A stretch of 64,000 nucleotides of DNA, taken from contig CP086569.2 of assembly GCA_009914755.4 (NCBI GenBank), positions 10,272,001 through 10,336,000 of the forward strand. Reading direction: 5' to 3'. Below the pieces are notes generated by a model. The model saw only the letters and a list, made by a program, of their open reading frames with translations. It did not search any database and was not told where the DNA came from. The stretch comes from the human T2T-CHM13v2.0 reference genome, Homo sapiens. Below are positions 20,060-33,574 of this stretch, in pieces. The position numbers were made by a program, and so were the translations under genes. Numbering within the stretch: the stretch's first letter is position 1; the number at the start of each line of letters is the position of its first letter.

Positions 20060-20925
20060 TCTTTGGGAGAATGCTGGAATTCAGCAGGGAAGTGACTGTG
20101 ACTCTCTTGGGAAAACTGGCTAGCCATATGCAGAAAACTGAAACTGGATCCCTTTCTTACACCGTTTACAAAAATCAACTCAAGATGGATCAAAGACTTA
20201 AATGTAAGACCTAGGACCATTAAAATCCTAGAAGAAAACCTGGGCAATGCCAATGAAGACACAGGCATAGGCAAAGACTTTATGTCCAAAACACAAAAAG
20301 CAATGGCAACAAAAGACAAAATTGACAGATGGGATCTAACTAAACTAAAGAGCAAAATAAACTATCCTCAGAGTGAACAGCCAACTTATGGAATGGGAGA
20401 AAATTTTTGCAATCTCTCCATCTGACAAAGGGCTAATATCTGGAATCTACAAAGAACTTAAACCATTTTACAAGAATAAAACAAGCAACCCCATAAAAAA
20501 AGAGCAAATGATATTAACAGACACTACTCAAAAGAAGACATTTATGCAGCCAACAGACTTATAAAAAATGCTCCTCATCAGTGGTCATTAGTGAAATGCA
20601 AATCAAAACCAAAGTGAGAGACCATCTCACTCTGGTTAGAATGGCAATCATTAAAAGTCAGGAAACAACAGATGCTGGAGAGCTTGTGGAAAAACAGGAA
20701 TGCTTTTACACTGTCGGTGAGAGTGTAAATTAGTTCAACCATTGTGGAAGACAGTGTGGCAATTACTCAAAGATCTAGAACTGGAAATACCATTTGACAC
20801 AGCAACCCCATTACTGGGAATATACCAAAGGATTATAAATCATTCTCCATAAAGACACGTGCACACGTATGTTTATTGCAGCACTATTCACAATAGCAAA
20901 CACTTGGACCCCCAAAAAATAAGAT
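20060..20925 (+). mobile_element. LINE-1 ORF2 3'-portion fragment, truncated at both ends.
   Basis: Sense-strand L1 ORF2 C-terminal sequence (gggaaaactggctagccatatgcagaaaactgaaactggatccc ... gcactattcacaatagcaaacacttgg). It stops abruptly at the HERV-K junction. Confidence 0.85.
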
Positions 20926-23900
20926 GAAGAAAGGCACCATGCGGTCAAGTTAGTGAGTAATCACTAAGTCATTGGTCTGCACTCGAGGTCACCACGTTCT
21001 GGCGGAAGTTCATTCAAGCTGAGTTTTCATTATGGGACAACAGTTATCAGCACCACAGAAACAGTATATAAAACTATTGAAGCAGCTGCTTAGGTCTAGG
21101 AGAGTTTCAGTTTCACAGGTTCAATTAAGGAAATTATAAACTGTGGTCACATATAATCCGTGACTTCCAGAAGAAGGAACCCTACACGTAGAACTGTGGC
21201 AACAAGTAGGGAGAAATCTTAAACAATATTATGCACAGGGGCATCAGGTCCCAGCATCAGCTTTAACACGATGGGCTTTACTAAGGATGGCTTTAGTCCC
21301 ATTATACACAGAAGAGCCTAAAAAGGAGAAGGAGGGAGAAAGGTGACCTGCCTTATCACCTCCTTTTCCCTCAGTCCCACTATCACCGGGATAAAATAAC
21401 AAAAAGTAAATGGAGGGTTTGCCTGACCCCCTCTTACTATAAGTAGAAAAAAAGACAAGAAACGTACTTCAGCTATGGGACCTTGTCTTAAACAAGCAGC
21501 ATTAGAAGGAGAGTTCTTAGCCTGTCCAGTAATGCAAGACCGACATGGTAATCAAGTATATGAACCCGTTTCCTTTCACACTTACAAATAACTAAGAAAA
21601 AGCATTAAAGAAAACGCTCCCACTAGACCATTTACAAAAGGAATGATTGAGGCCTTAGCAGACCACTTCTGTATGGCCCAATGGAACTGGTCAATTCTGG
21701 CTAAAGCAACTCTGGAGCCTAGCCCATACCTCCTCTGGAAGGCAGAATATGATGAGCTGTGTGAACAAGAAGCCAACCAGAATCAGGCGGCGGGGCAAAA
21801 TATAACTGCTGATAAGCTCCAAGGGAAAAGTCCTCATGCTGATGTACAACAACAACTAAATTTTGATCCCCAGGCCTATGATCAAGTGTCTTTGTGTGCT
21901 CTCAGAGCTTGGGACTGAATTCCCAAGAGCTGACTGAGTTCAGCAGGTGTCTTTCGTAAATATTTGACAAGGGCCTCAGGAGCAATTTGTTGAGTTTATG
22001 GATCACTTAATTCAGGCAATTAAGAGGCAAATCAGTCACACCCAGTCCACTCCTATCTTATTGTTGCAGTTGGCTTTCAAAAACATTAATGTGGATTGCC
22101 AGCAGGCAATGCAGGCAATCAAAGGAAAGGCAGGCACCGTCAGGGAGCTGATATAAGCATGTCACCTGGTAGGAACTGAGACAAACGAGGCCAGAATATT
22201 AGCTATGGCATTAAGGCCTCCTAAAGTGAGAAGGGAGAGAAAGCAAAATCATTTTCTATGTGGAGTGAAAGGTCATGTGAAGAGGAAATGCCCCCATAGT
22301 AAAAAGCAAGCTAACTCAGGGAAAGGACCCTTTTCTATATGTCCTGGATGTAGGAAAGGGAGACGTTAGGAAAATCAATGCAGGTCTAAATTTGATAAAA
22401 ATAGCCATCTCATAGGAAATCAGTTGGGAAACTTCATGAGGGGACGGCCCCAGGCCCCACTCCCAACTGGGGCAATGCCAACAGCTTTCCTCGGTTGGCT
22501 AGAAAGCCCACAGTCCTCTCTCTCAGAGCAGTCACTACTGGGAGTGCATGACTGGACTTACTCTGCTCTGCCAAATTAGTGCTACAAGAGGAAGAAGGCC
22601 CTGCAAGGGTTGAGACTGGGATCTGTGGCCCGCTGCCTCCAGGAACAGCAGGATTATGCCTGGGGCAGTCTAGCCTATCTGTAAAGGAATTAATGTGCTC
22701 CTTGGGGTAGTTGATAGTGATGACCAAGGTGAGATATTGGTTATGATGGAATGTAAAGGTCTGCATGTTCTTCCCCCTGGATCAAAAAATAGCTTAGTTA
22801 AAGATTTTACCATGCTGGGTCCCTAATGCCCATGAGAAGGAAAGGGGAAAGTGAAGTTTTGGAAGCACAGGAGCATATTGGAATCAATTAATCACTGATC
22901 AGAGATGCATGATTACCTTAAAAATTGGTAATAAGAATTTTACTGGCTTATTGGGCACAGGGGTGGACATTTCAATCATTAGTGATCAGAACTGGTCAAA
23001 AATCTGTCCTTGGGTCACTCAGAAACAGAAAACTGTCAGCAACAGGAAAGCATACACAGCCAAACAGAGCACATGCCCCTGAACCTGCTGTGATTCAGAA
23101 GGAAAAAAGGCATTATACAACCTCTGATTGTGCCCATCCCTGCTAATCTTTCAGGATGGGACCTATTAGCCCAATGGTGGGGCGGGGGGGCACTCTGCAG
23201 ACCCCTTTCTAACAATGGCCACTCTTGTTATTCCTCCACTACCTCTGACTTGGATGTCTCAACACCTGGTCTGGGTAGCACAGTGGCCTCTGAAGGGAGA
23301 GAAATTACAGGGAACTCATGAGTTTGTTGAGGAGCCATTAAAGGCTGGACATCTTGAACATTCTACCAGCCCCTGGAATTCGCCTATTTTTGTCATTCCC
23401 AAAAAGTCTTGGAAACAGAGGTTTTTAAATGACTTACATGATATTAATGCTAATTTACAGCCCATGGGACCCCTTCAAAAGGCCTCCCCTCCCCCACAGT
23501 GATTACTCAAGATTGGCCTATAATTGTTATTGACTTAAAAGATTGCTTCTATACCATTCCTCCAGCAGAACAGGAGAGAGAGAACTTTGTGTTTACAATA
23601 CCAGCTGTCAATAATGAAAAGTCAGCTTGTCAATTTCACTGGCAAGTGCTTCCTCAAGGAATGCTAAATAGTCCTACCATGAGTCAGTATCATGTTAATC
23701 AAGCTCTGCTCCCTAGTAGAAAAGAATTTCCTGACTGTAAAATTATTCATCCTATAGATGATATTGTACTAGCAGCCTGAACAGATCAATACTTTTACAT
23801 TTGTTTACCTCTGTCCTAAAGAATACACAGCTGAGAAGTTTAGTCATTGCACCTGGAAAACTACAAGTGTCCAATGTCCTCTCCTTGGAAATACCTTGGA

Positions 23901-26900
23901 TATCTGTTAACCTCCTGGTCAGTAAGACCTCAAAAGGTTAAACTAAGTACTAGCAACTTATACACCCTAAATGATTATCAGAAATTACTGGGTGATATTA
24001 CCTGGCTCCATCCCATTTTGGGAATTCCTAAAAATAAACTACAAAACCTGTTTTCTATCTTAAAGGGCAATCCAGCTCTTGATTCTCCCAGATATTTAAT
24101 CCCTGCAGCAAAAAGAGAAATCGAGGAAATTGAGCAAGCCATCTCTGAGAGACGGCTAGATCGCATTGATCCATGGTATTCAATTCAGTTGTATATCTTT
24201 CCCAGCAAACACTCCCATGCAGGGTTACTAGGACAAATGACCCCTGGGCTACGTTTCCTACAATGGTTTTTTGCTCACATAACCGAGACTAAAATACTGT
24301 CTCCCGATATTCAGTTAATTACTAGAGTCATCTATTCAGGTTGCAAACGTTGCAATCATTTACTAAGTTATGACCCTGATGTCATCAGGATCCCTTTAAA
24401 AAGCAATTAGAAGCAGGATTACCTTTGTCAATACACCTGCAAATAGCTTTCTCTGATTACACAGGGCAAATAGAGCACATCCTCTCTGCTGATAAACTCC
24501 TTCATTTCTTATCTCACACTCCGACAATATTGCCTATAAAAATAATTTACTCCCCCATGCATAATCCTTTAACACTGTTTATCAATGGGTCGGCTAAACA
24601 TGGAAAAGCAGCAGCCTGGAGACCCCAGAATTCAATCACTCAATCTGGGTTAACTAGCACTCGGAGAGCTGCAACTGGGGCTCTGATTTTGGCCTTAGAA
24701 ACTTTTTCCACTCAGCCCATAAATATAGTTAGTGATTCTGCATACTCACTTCATTTATTACAAAAGTTTGAAACAGCACTGATTAAGTCCACTCTGGAGC
24801 CAGCCCTGTTTACTCTTTTTCTCTGACTTCAGCAATTGCTAGATCAATGTGCACATCCTATTGTTATTACCCACATGCGAACTCACAGCTCACTGCCTGA
24901 TCCGTTGGTTTATGGCAATGAACAAGCTGACCTTCAGGTTATGACATCACTGCTAGACCAAGCCACTCAATCACATCCATTTTTCCACCAAATATTGGAG
25001 AAACTTATCTAAACAATTTCAAGTAGCCCAGAGACTGGCTAAACAAATTATCCTACAATGCCCAGATTGTCAACTCACAGGCACGTCCCCTCCTTCTAGA
25101 GATGTGCACCCTAGAGAATTGGAAACTAATCAGTTGTGGCAAACAGATGTTACAGACATCCCTGAATTTGGGAAGCTAAGATATGGCATGTATCCCTTGA
25201 TACCAACACTCATTTAATTAGTGCAGATGCTTTGCCTGGAGAGCCTACTCGAAATGTCATTAAACATCTTCTTTTAACTTTTGCATTTATGGGGTGACCC
25301 ACAAAAATTAAGATGGATAATGGCCCAGCTTATACCAGCTCAAAATTTAAAAAAAATTGTGACACATGCAATATTCAACATTCCACAGGCATCCCATAAA
25401 ACCCCCAAGGACAGGCAATAGTAGAACATGCACACTTCACCCTTAAAAATATGGACAAAGAACAGAAAAAGGGGAATATAGGTAAGGCTCCTGCAACACT
25501 ACTGGCACAAGCCTTATTTACCCTTAATGTTTAAAATTTGGTGTCAAATTGCAATCAGCTATAGAAAAGCACTTTGCTAAAACCTCTCAAGGCATAAAAC
25601 CTGCAGTTTTATAGAAAGATGTAAACAGTAATGAATGGTGTGGTCCTAGCAAATTATTAACACTGGGGAGACGGTATGCTTGTGTTTACATTCCATCAGG
25701 TCCTCTTTGGATTCCAGCATGAGGCATCAAACCATACCATGGTGTAGCTAGGATCCAACCCAGTACCAGAATTGAAAGAGTTAACCCTGCAAGACCCACA
25801 GTTCTAGAGGATGCGGCTTCCACAGACAACACAGCCCTGGACATTAGCTGGGGATGCTGAAGAGGACAACTCAGGAGACTGAACAAATCCTGCTCTGGAC
25901 ACAGACACCATTTACTCCAGATAATTTTTTTCTTGCTATGCTTTCTATTGTACATTGGGATTCATATAGGGTATTGATCCTTTTTATCCTCTTGCTTTGT
26001 CTGCAACCTGTACCTGCTACACTCTATTGGGCTCATATATTAGGCCCACTTTTCTTTCACCCTGTCACCTGGGCAGACACTCCCTTCCCAGTCTACAATA
26101 ATGTGACCGCTTGGCAAGGAAGGATAGAATTACCCCCCAGCAGGGTCCCTCAATAATGGCAAACATTGGACTAAGGTGCCAGATAACACTACATATCACT
26201 CCACTATCCTCCCACTGCATGTAAGTTATAAAGGCTCTAACCCTTACTGCGTACCTGGCCAAAGACAAGTATGGCTACATCATGGCAAAGAAAATGCCTT
26301 AACATTTTTAGCTATAGGTAGCCTCAAACTGGGCAATGCAATCCATGCTTCTTTCCCAAGTAGTCCTTCCTGTGCCAAAGAGCAGAGCTGAGAGAGTAAT
26401 GAATTTCACTTTAGCTGTGAAGTCGGTCATGGGAAACAAGCCTATAGCCTCCAGTTTAGCAATTAAAACATTTTAGACTGGAGTCCCCATGGCCAATTGC
26501 AGGGCAGCCTTACAAATGTCTTTGACCATCATAGCATTAATCACTGTTTCATAGCCACTTCTCGTTCCCCTCTAATTTGGGCTGATGGGGAGATGGGATA
26601 TCCCCAGATCCCAAGTAAAGTCCATGCCAATCCAAGGCATGTTATGGTGCCTGGGACATCTTAGTACCTACCTTAACACCTGCCATGGGAGATAAAATAA
26701 TTCCAGCTGCAACTACACTATAGTCTTTATTCATATTCACACTGATCAGTGGCTGGTTTGCACTACCCATCCATATGTTTTGCTTATGGGAACTAACATT
26801 TCCATTACCACTGGAAACTCCACATTTATGACCTGGGTGCAGGGACAGGCTTGGTTTGCCTCATGTATCACTAGTCACAATGTATCTAAATTAAAAACTT

Positions 26901-27710
26901 CTAGTGTCATGGTATTAAGGAGACAATCTGAGGCATTTCTACCAGTCAATCTGACAACTGATTGACAAGCTGCCTCTGCCCTTGTTACCTTAGAATGTGC
27001 CCTGTCCCAGGTCAGACACAAAAGATTCACATTTACACTTACGGCCTTTATAGTCTCAGCCATAGGCGTTCTGGCAATGGCTAGTGTTGCTGTTGCATCT
27101 ATAACTGAATCAGTACAAACAGCTGCTTTTGTAGATAATCTGGCCAGAAATGTAAGTAATGAACTTCTCTTACAGTAAGGGAAGAATGTGTGAGAGAGTG
27201 ACAAGATGCACTAGCATTCTGTCAACAGTTAAACTGTGACTGGGAACATAAACACACTTGTGTCACTTCTCTACCATTGAATCAATCAATGCATAGTTGG
27301 GATGAGGTGAAACAACACCTCTGGGGCAACTTTCATAACAATTTAACAGCAGATATGAAGCAACTTAAAACTAAAATTTTGGAATCTGTTCACACCTTAG
27401 ATCTGCAGACCCAACAAACAGCCATGTGGAAGGGTGTACAAGATCATCTCTCCTAGTTCCATGCTCACTCCTGGGGGACACTCTTTGACTGGAAAAAAAT
27501 TTTGCTAATTATGCTCATGTTTGTCTTATGTTATTTGCTAATCCTAGGATGCAAAGTCTAAATAAGAGCAGTGACTGCCTCATCTGAAAATCCTGTGGCT
27601 GCACATATCTGTGCTCTGCAATCAAAAAACCCTAATAAAGAAAACAAAAATGGAGAAATGTTGGGATTCATTCAGGATGGTCGCAGAAATATTAAAGGGA
27701 AATATTAGGA
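20926..27710 (+). mobile_element. HERV-K (HML supergroup, betaretrovirus-like class II ERV) internal region. Order is gag, pro with dUTPase, pol (RT, RNase H, IN), env. There is no 5' LTR or primer-binding site and all ORFs are interrupted.
   Basis: The gag N-terminus MGQQLSAPQKQYIKLLKQLL starts at about 21041, and capsid/NC-like CRSKFDKN and zinc-knuckle remnants lie at 22245-22400. The dUTPase motif GVVDSDDQGEI is at about 22704. The protease active-site region LLGTGVDISIIS (DTG mutated to GTG) is at about 22949. The RT motif [12 protein letters not shown] is at about 23743 and the RNase H motif NIVSDSAY at about 24740. The IN HHCC region ITHMRTHSSLPDPLVYGNEQAD is at about 24868. Env ORF pieces are at 25854-26156, 26176-26391 and 26780-26965, and the TM membrane-spanning tail LIMLMFVLCYLLILGCKV is at about 27500. 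Confidence 0.88.
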
Positions 27711-28500
27711 AAAGTTCTAGGGAATAGTCACAAAACTTTTGGATGGCCAAAAGGTCACATAGCTTGTAATAATTGAGCAGGCTGAAGGCAGCCAGTTCTT
27801 ACCTTAGAATATTAGGTCATAGGGTAAATATGAGGGACAATAGAGGCTTCCCTAGATAAGTCTGTTTATCCTACCTCCATCAACTAACTTTTGAGCCAGA
27901 CAGCCCTCTCAGAAGGAGGTCAACCAAGGGTATTGCCCCCTAATGGTATTTACTTTAGACCAGGGTACCTGAGCTTTAATTATTCATAGAACTGCTGTCT
28001 TAACCATGTTTATTATCCTCAAGTGTATTTACTCAAGGCTTCTGTTGGTCGTTGTATACTAAATCAATGCCTGGAGTGCCAGCTGCTCAGGGCTGGCTGC
28101 AGTGACAAACCTTTCTTGGTGTGCAGGCGGTCAGATACAGCAGGACTGGCAGAACAGAATATCTTTGTATCAGTGTACATTTTATTCATCCATCGTTTGG
28201 GTCAGGACCCGCAGGCAGACCCCCACAGCTAATGCCCTTTTGTGAGGAGGAATAACTCAGTTAGGAAACTCAAACTACTGGTAGTTCAACTCAGGGTAGT
28301 TGAGTTTGAGTCCCACTAATTTAGAGAGAGTAGACAAAAACCTTTGGCTTCCTATTGAAATTGCAGAAGGGATACACTTCAGGAAGAAAATCTATAAGCC
28401 AGGAATAAAGAATTCAAAATGAGAATAAGGATAAGATCCCAACAATCTCATCCTAATAAAGTATAAGACAAAGGTTCTACAACATCTGTATGACTAGCCA
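27711..28500 (+). mobile_element. Putative 3' LTR of the HERV-K element. The extent is uncertain.
   Basis: It lies immediately 3' of the env stop and includes an AATAAA at about 28455. The boundaries cannot be fixed without an LTR consensus. Confidence 0.35.
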
Positions 28501-29915
28501 ACAATTTCTGCTAGAACAAATGCCAGCCTTTTTCAGAGAAAGAAAATAAATCCATTCTCTAAACATGCAACTGCAATTCACAGAAAAATGTTGTTACGTA
28601 TACAAAGAAACAAGAGCATATTGAGATAGGAGAGATAAATAAGAAGTCAGACTGCTCCATGACCCAGATATTGGAATTAACACACAATTAAAACCGTGTG
28701 TTCAAGGACTTAAAAGATAAAAAGGCTGTATTAGCAGAGAGAATTCAATATCTGAGAAATTTTAAAAGTGGATGCTTTTAGCAAGACTTGGAGAAGAAAA
28801 TAAGTAAGGTCAATGTTCAAGAATGTGGTAAGCAGTATGGCTTCTAGATGCTAGAAAAAATAAAGGGAATGACTCTCTGGTAGAGACTCTAGAAGAAATG
28901 CAGCCTTGCCTACACTTTGGTTATAGTTTACTGGCCCCGTTTCAGACTTCTGACATCCATAGCTGTGAGAAAATAAAGTGTAATCTAAGATCTGAAGAAA
29001 ATGAAAGTGTCAGTCTGAGAAGACTAACAGAAAACAGTATGGGAAAAAAGCAAAGGGGAAAAGCTGTGAACCAAGACAGAACTTGAAAACATGGGCAACT
29101 TGAATCAAATATTATTGACTCTGGAATAAGGGGTGGGCCTGAGATATGAGGTTAGAGCATTGGAGAGCAGGCACACCATGAGGGCCTTGTGGATGCTGGT
29201 AAAGCAAGTAGTTACTTTCTGAGACATATCCTCCACAAACACATTCCTTAAGAAGAGTGACTTAATATAATTTATATTTTTAAAAAAGGGAGTATTACAG
29301 AGAATAAATTTGAGAAGGCAAGAGTGAGAAGGTGTTAAATTTTAGGAAAGCTATTTCAGTAGATGAAGCAAAATATAATCGTGGCTTGGATTTACGGTGG
29401 ATATTTAGAGCAGAGCATACTTTGATTGGGGATATTCCGAAACTAAGTTTAGCAGGACTGAATTATGGATTTGATGTAAAGCTTTAAGGAAGAAAGAAAT
29501 TGAGGATAACACTTTGGTGTTTTGTCTTGAGTGTTCGATAGTGGCTTACAGGTTTTTAGCAGTGAATGCCACTGTTAATAAAAGACTCAGTTGGAAACTG
29601 ATGATGGGACTGCCTGAATGCAAAGCTCCTGTTTTTTACAAGCTGAAAAATCATCCCTACTTGGTCCCAGGATTTCTATATATAAAAAATAAAAAAGGAA
29701 AAAAGTTGTGAAACCAATATGATTTATCTCAGTTTTGTAATTCTCTGAGACTTTTACTCAATTCCTTGGTCTGCAAATCAAAAAACAAGAACTGAATTAA
29801 TGTATATCCAATTTGTTACCCAAATGTGTTCATCTAACAAATTCAACACTCACACACACATTGACATACACATAGCCAAGAAATAATGAAATATATTGTA
29901 AAGTACAAGAACTTG

Positions 29916-30250
29916 GGGCTGGGCATGGTGGCTGATGCCTGTAATCCTAGCATTTTGGGAGGCTGAGGTGGGTGGATCACGAGGTCAGGAGTTCAAGACC
30001 AGCTTGGCCAAAATGGTGAAACCTTGTCTCTACTAAAAATACAAAAATTAGCTGGGAGTGGTGGCGGGTGCCTGTAATCCCAGCTACTCGGGAGGCTTAT
30101 GCAGAGAATTACTTGAACCCTGGAGGTGGAGGAGGATGCAGTGAGCTGAGATTGCACCACTGCACTCCAGCCTGGGAGAGAGAGTGAGACTCCATCTCAA
30201 AAGAAAAAACAAAACCAAACCACAACAAAACAAAACAAAACAAAAAAAAC
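29916..30250 (+). mobile_element. Alu SINE (young, AluS/Y-like).
   Basis: ggctgggcatggtggctgatgcctgtaatcctagcattttgggaggctgaggtgggtggatcacgaggtcaggagttcaagaccagc... followed by an (AAAAC)-like tail. Confidence 0.92.
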
Positions 30251-32009
30251 TTGAAACCACAAATACACTTGTTTTTGAGTCTCGGCACTAGCACTTTCTG
30301 ACATGTGTCATTATATATGTCATTTAACCTTTATGAAACTCAGTTTTTTAATAAATAAAAGCATATATTAATACTCACAACATTGTAAGCATATTAACCA
30401 AATTATATTTGACCGTAAAATTAAAAACTAGAAGTACATGTTGGTTTTTCAGTGCTCTTACAAAAAATTAATCATTATAACATTTGAAAATAAGAAGATG
30501 TGGAAGATAAATTAATACTTTTCTTTTCTTCTTCCAATTTCAAATATAAGCACTCATAGCAATTTGACAATAATTTTCATGAAGTTAATTTTGCATATAA
30601 AACATCTGCAAAGATTATGTTCACATTTACAAAACTGAAACTGCTATACACACATCCATGTACACACATAATACATGCACATTCTATAATTTGCCTTTGC
30701 TAAAATACACATTTTAGATTTTCTTCCAAAGCAACACATGTATCAATCTTATTTGCATTAATAGCTACATAATAATCAATATTATATTTATACCAAGGTT
30801 TCAATTGATGCACCATTTAATCTTTCTGATTTTGAGGACAGTTCTAACATTCCAAATCTTTTATATTAATAACAATGCTATAATAAACATGGTGGTATAT
30901 TTATCTTTTATTCTTGGTGATGTTATTTGTATTTAATAAGTGGTACAAAATGTGAAAACTTGGCCAAGTGCTGTAAGTACTGTGCATTGAAATTATTTAA
31001 ATACTAAATTTATGTAATATTAAATAAAATTATAACTATTTATGTATCAAATTACTTTCCAAAACCCTTGTAGTAATCACATTTCTTCTAGCACTTACAA
31101 TTTCATCAACAATGGATGCTACTATTAGTTTTTATTTTTGTAAACTAATGAATGTTTTATCTATTATCTTAACTTCACTTTTTTTTTGAGAACTGGAAAT
31201 TTTGTTTTATTGTTACTGATCTCTAGGATGTTGATTGTTTTTCTAGCCAGAAACGTCTGTGGCTGTGACACCTTTGCCTGAGATCTTGTCCTGTGTCAGG
31301 AAGAATGAGGTAGAATGAGGTATGCAGACAAGTGAATGGTGAACAAGAAGAAACATTCTACTTAGTGTTAGTACAGCTCAGAGGAATGGTTTGCTCCTCT
31401 CTGTAGGCAGGTTTTCCAGTCGAGTGTTCAGCTCTTAGCAGAGAGGAGGCCCTGGAGAGCGTGGCTCTTCTCCATGGCAAAGTCATTCAAGTCTCTGCAG
31501 ACCTCTGAAACTGTCAGCAGAGACAGTAGCTCCTCTCTGTTTGTGTCCTATATGTAATGCTAAGAAAATACTGATGTTGAGCTTTAAAGCAACATTTCAC
31601 TATCTTTCTCCACTGGCAATGCTCTTATTAAAATATAAGTAATCATTTGGCTTATACAGTATCATATTATGAAATGTAATGAGAGGCACCTACTTACAAT
31701 TTTTAGATTTCAATTTTGGTAATGAATATTGGCTTTGCCAGACACTCATGTAAGATGTACATCTAAAGTTTAATTTATGTTATTTGGATATTATTTCATT
31801 AAATATCTAAATATTGGAAAGCATTAATCAATGTGTTTCACTTCAGAAATGCCTGCCATATATCTTTCATATTTGTTAATCAAATGAAGTCTTGGCAAAT
31901 TCAAATTTTTACAGCTTAGAAATTTTCAAGGAAAATGCAATGCACAAAATCATAAATGGTGATATTATCCCAAATCTTAAGTCAAGTAACATGTCATTAA
32001 GAAACACAT

Positions 32010-32398
32010 AAATTGGCACATATACACCATGGAATACTATGCAGCCATAAAATATGATGAGGGACATGGATGAAACTGGAAACCATCATTCTCAGTCAAC
32101 TATTGCAAGGACAAAAAACCAAACACCGCATATTCTCACTCACAGGTGGGAACTGAACAATGAGAACACATGGACACGGGAAGGGGAACATCACACACTG
32201 GGGACTGTTGTGGGGTGGGGGGAGTGGGGAGGGATAGCATTAGGAGATATACCTAATGCTAAATGACAAGTTAATGGGTGCAGCACACCAACATGACACA
32301 TGTATACATATGTAACAAACCTGCATGTTGTGCACATGTACCCTAAAACTTAAAGTATAATAATAACTAACTAAATAAATAAATAAATAAAAAGAAAA
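32010..32398 (+). mobile_element. 5'-truncated L1 3' end (ORF2 C-terminus plus 3' UTR). It has an internal ~20 bp deletion.
   Basis: ggcacatatacaccatggaatactatgcagccataaaa...gggagggatagcattaggagatatacctaatgctaaatgacaagttaatgggtgcagcacaccaacatg...cttaaagtataataataa. Confidence 0.9.
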
Positions 32399-32833
32399 AT
32401 ATTTAATGAAATGTCGAAAGATATCTTAGAAAGCAAGTTGACTATTGTGTACTAATTGTGTAGAAATCCAGAATAGCAGAAATAAGAGTAACAACTACTC
32501 ACTATTTCATCAGACAAAATATGGGAAATCATCTTTAAATACAAAAACATACTTATAATGAAAAACACTGGGTTTTTATTTGGTAGAAGTGTATTCAACC
32601 TTCCCGATGGCAGGACTGGGCTGAATATTATATCAAAGACACTGATAGCTAATTAAAAGCATGTATGGATGCTGTGAAATGTGAGAACATAAGCAGAAGG
32701 AATCTCTTTCCCAATCTGCTCTTCCACTTCTCTCCCTCAACCTCATGTAGCCTGACATGGGACAGTTGGCAGATACTTCATTCCAAGGAGTGAGACTAGC
32801 AAGGCCAAATCTTTGATTTGAATTAGCACATAG

Positions 32834-33127
<294 letters not shown>

Positions 33128-33236
33128 TAAAAAAATGGAAATTTGGATGTTATTAGATTCTTTCTTGTGTAGGACTTTCTTGCAGGAGTAAAGTATAACA
33201 GTATGTTTCTTTCTTTAGGTTGAAAAAAAAGTACCA

Positions 33237-33535
33237 GTCTGGCATGGTGACTCATGCCTGTAATCCCAGAACTTTGGGAGGCTGACGAGAGTGGATCACC
33301 TGAGGTCAGGAGTTCCAGACCCTCCTGGCCAACATGGTGAAACCCCATCTCTATCAAAAATACAAAAATTAGTTGGATGTGGTGGCATGCACCTGGATTT
33401 CCAGTTACTCTGGAGGCTGAGGGAGGAGAATCACTTGAACCTGGGAGGCAGTTGTAGTCAGCTGAAATCATGCCACTGCAGTCCAGACTGGGCAACAGAG
33501 TGAAACTCCACCTCAAAAATAAATAAATAAATAAA
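33237..33535 (+). mobile_element. Alu SINE.
   Basis: ggcatggtgactcatgcctgtaatcccagaactttgggaggctga... followed by an (AAAT)n tail. Confidence 0.9.
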
Positions 33536-33574
33536 ATACAATAATAGAAAAAGAGGGAATGGATTCCTCCCTAA

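Noticed and set aside
23847-24826. Plus-strand ORFs of 187 aa and 133 aa.
   Set aside because: They are HERV-K pol (RT thumb/connection and RNase H, NIVSDSAY motif). They belong to the provirus, not to a cellular gene.
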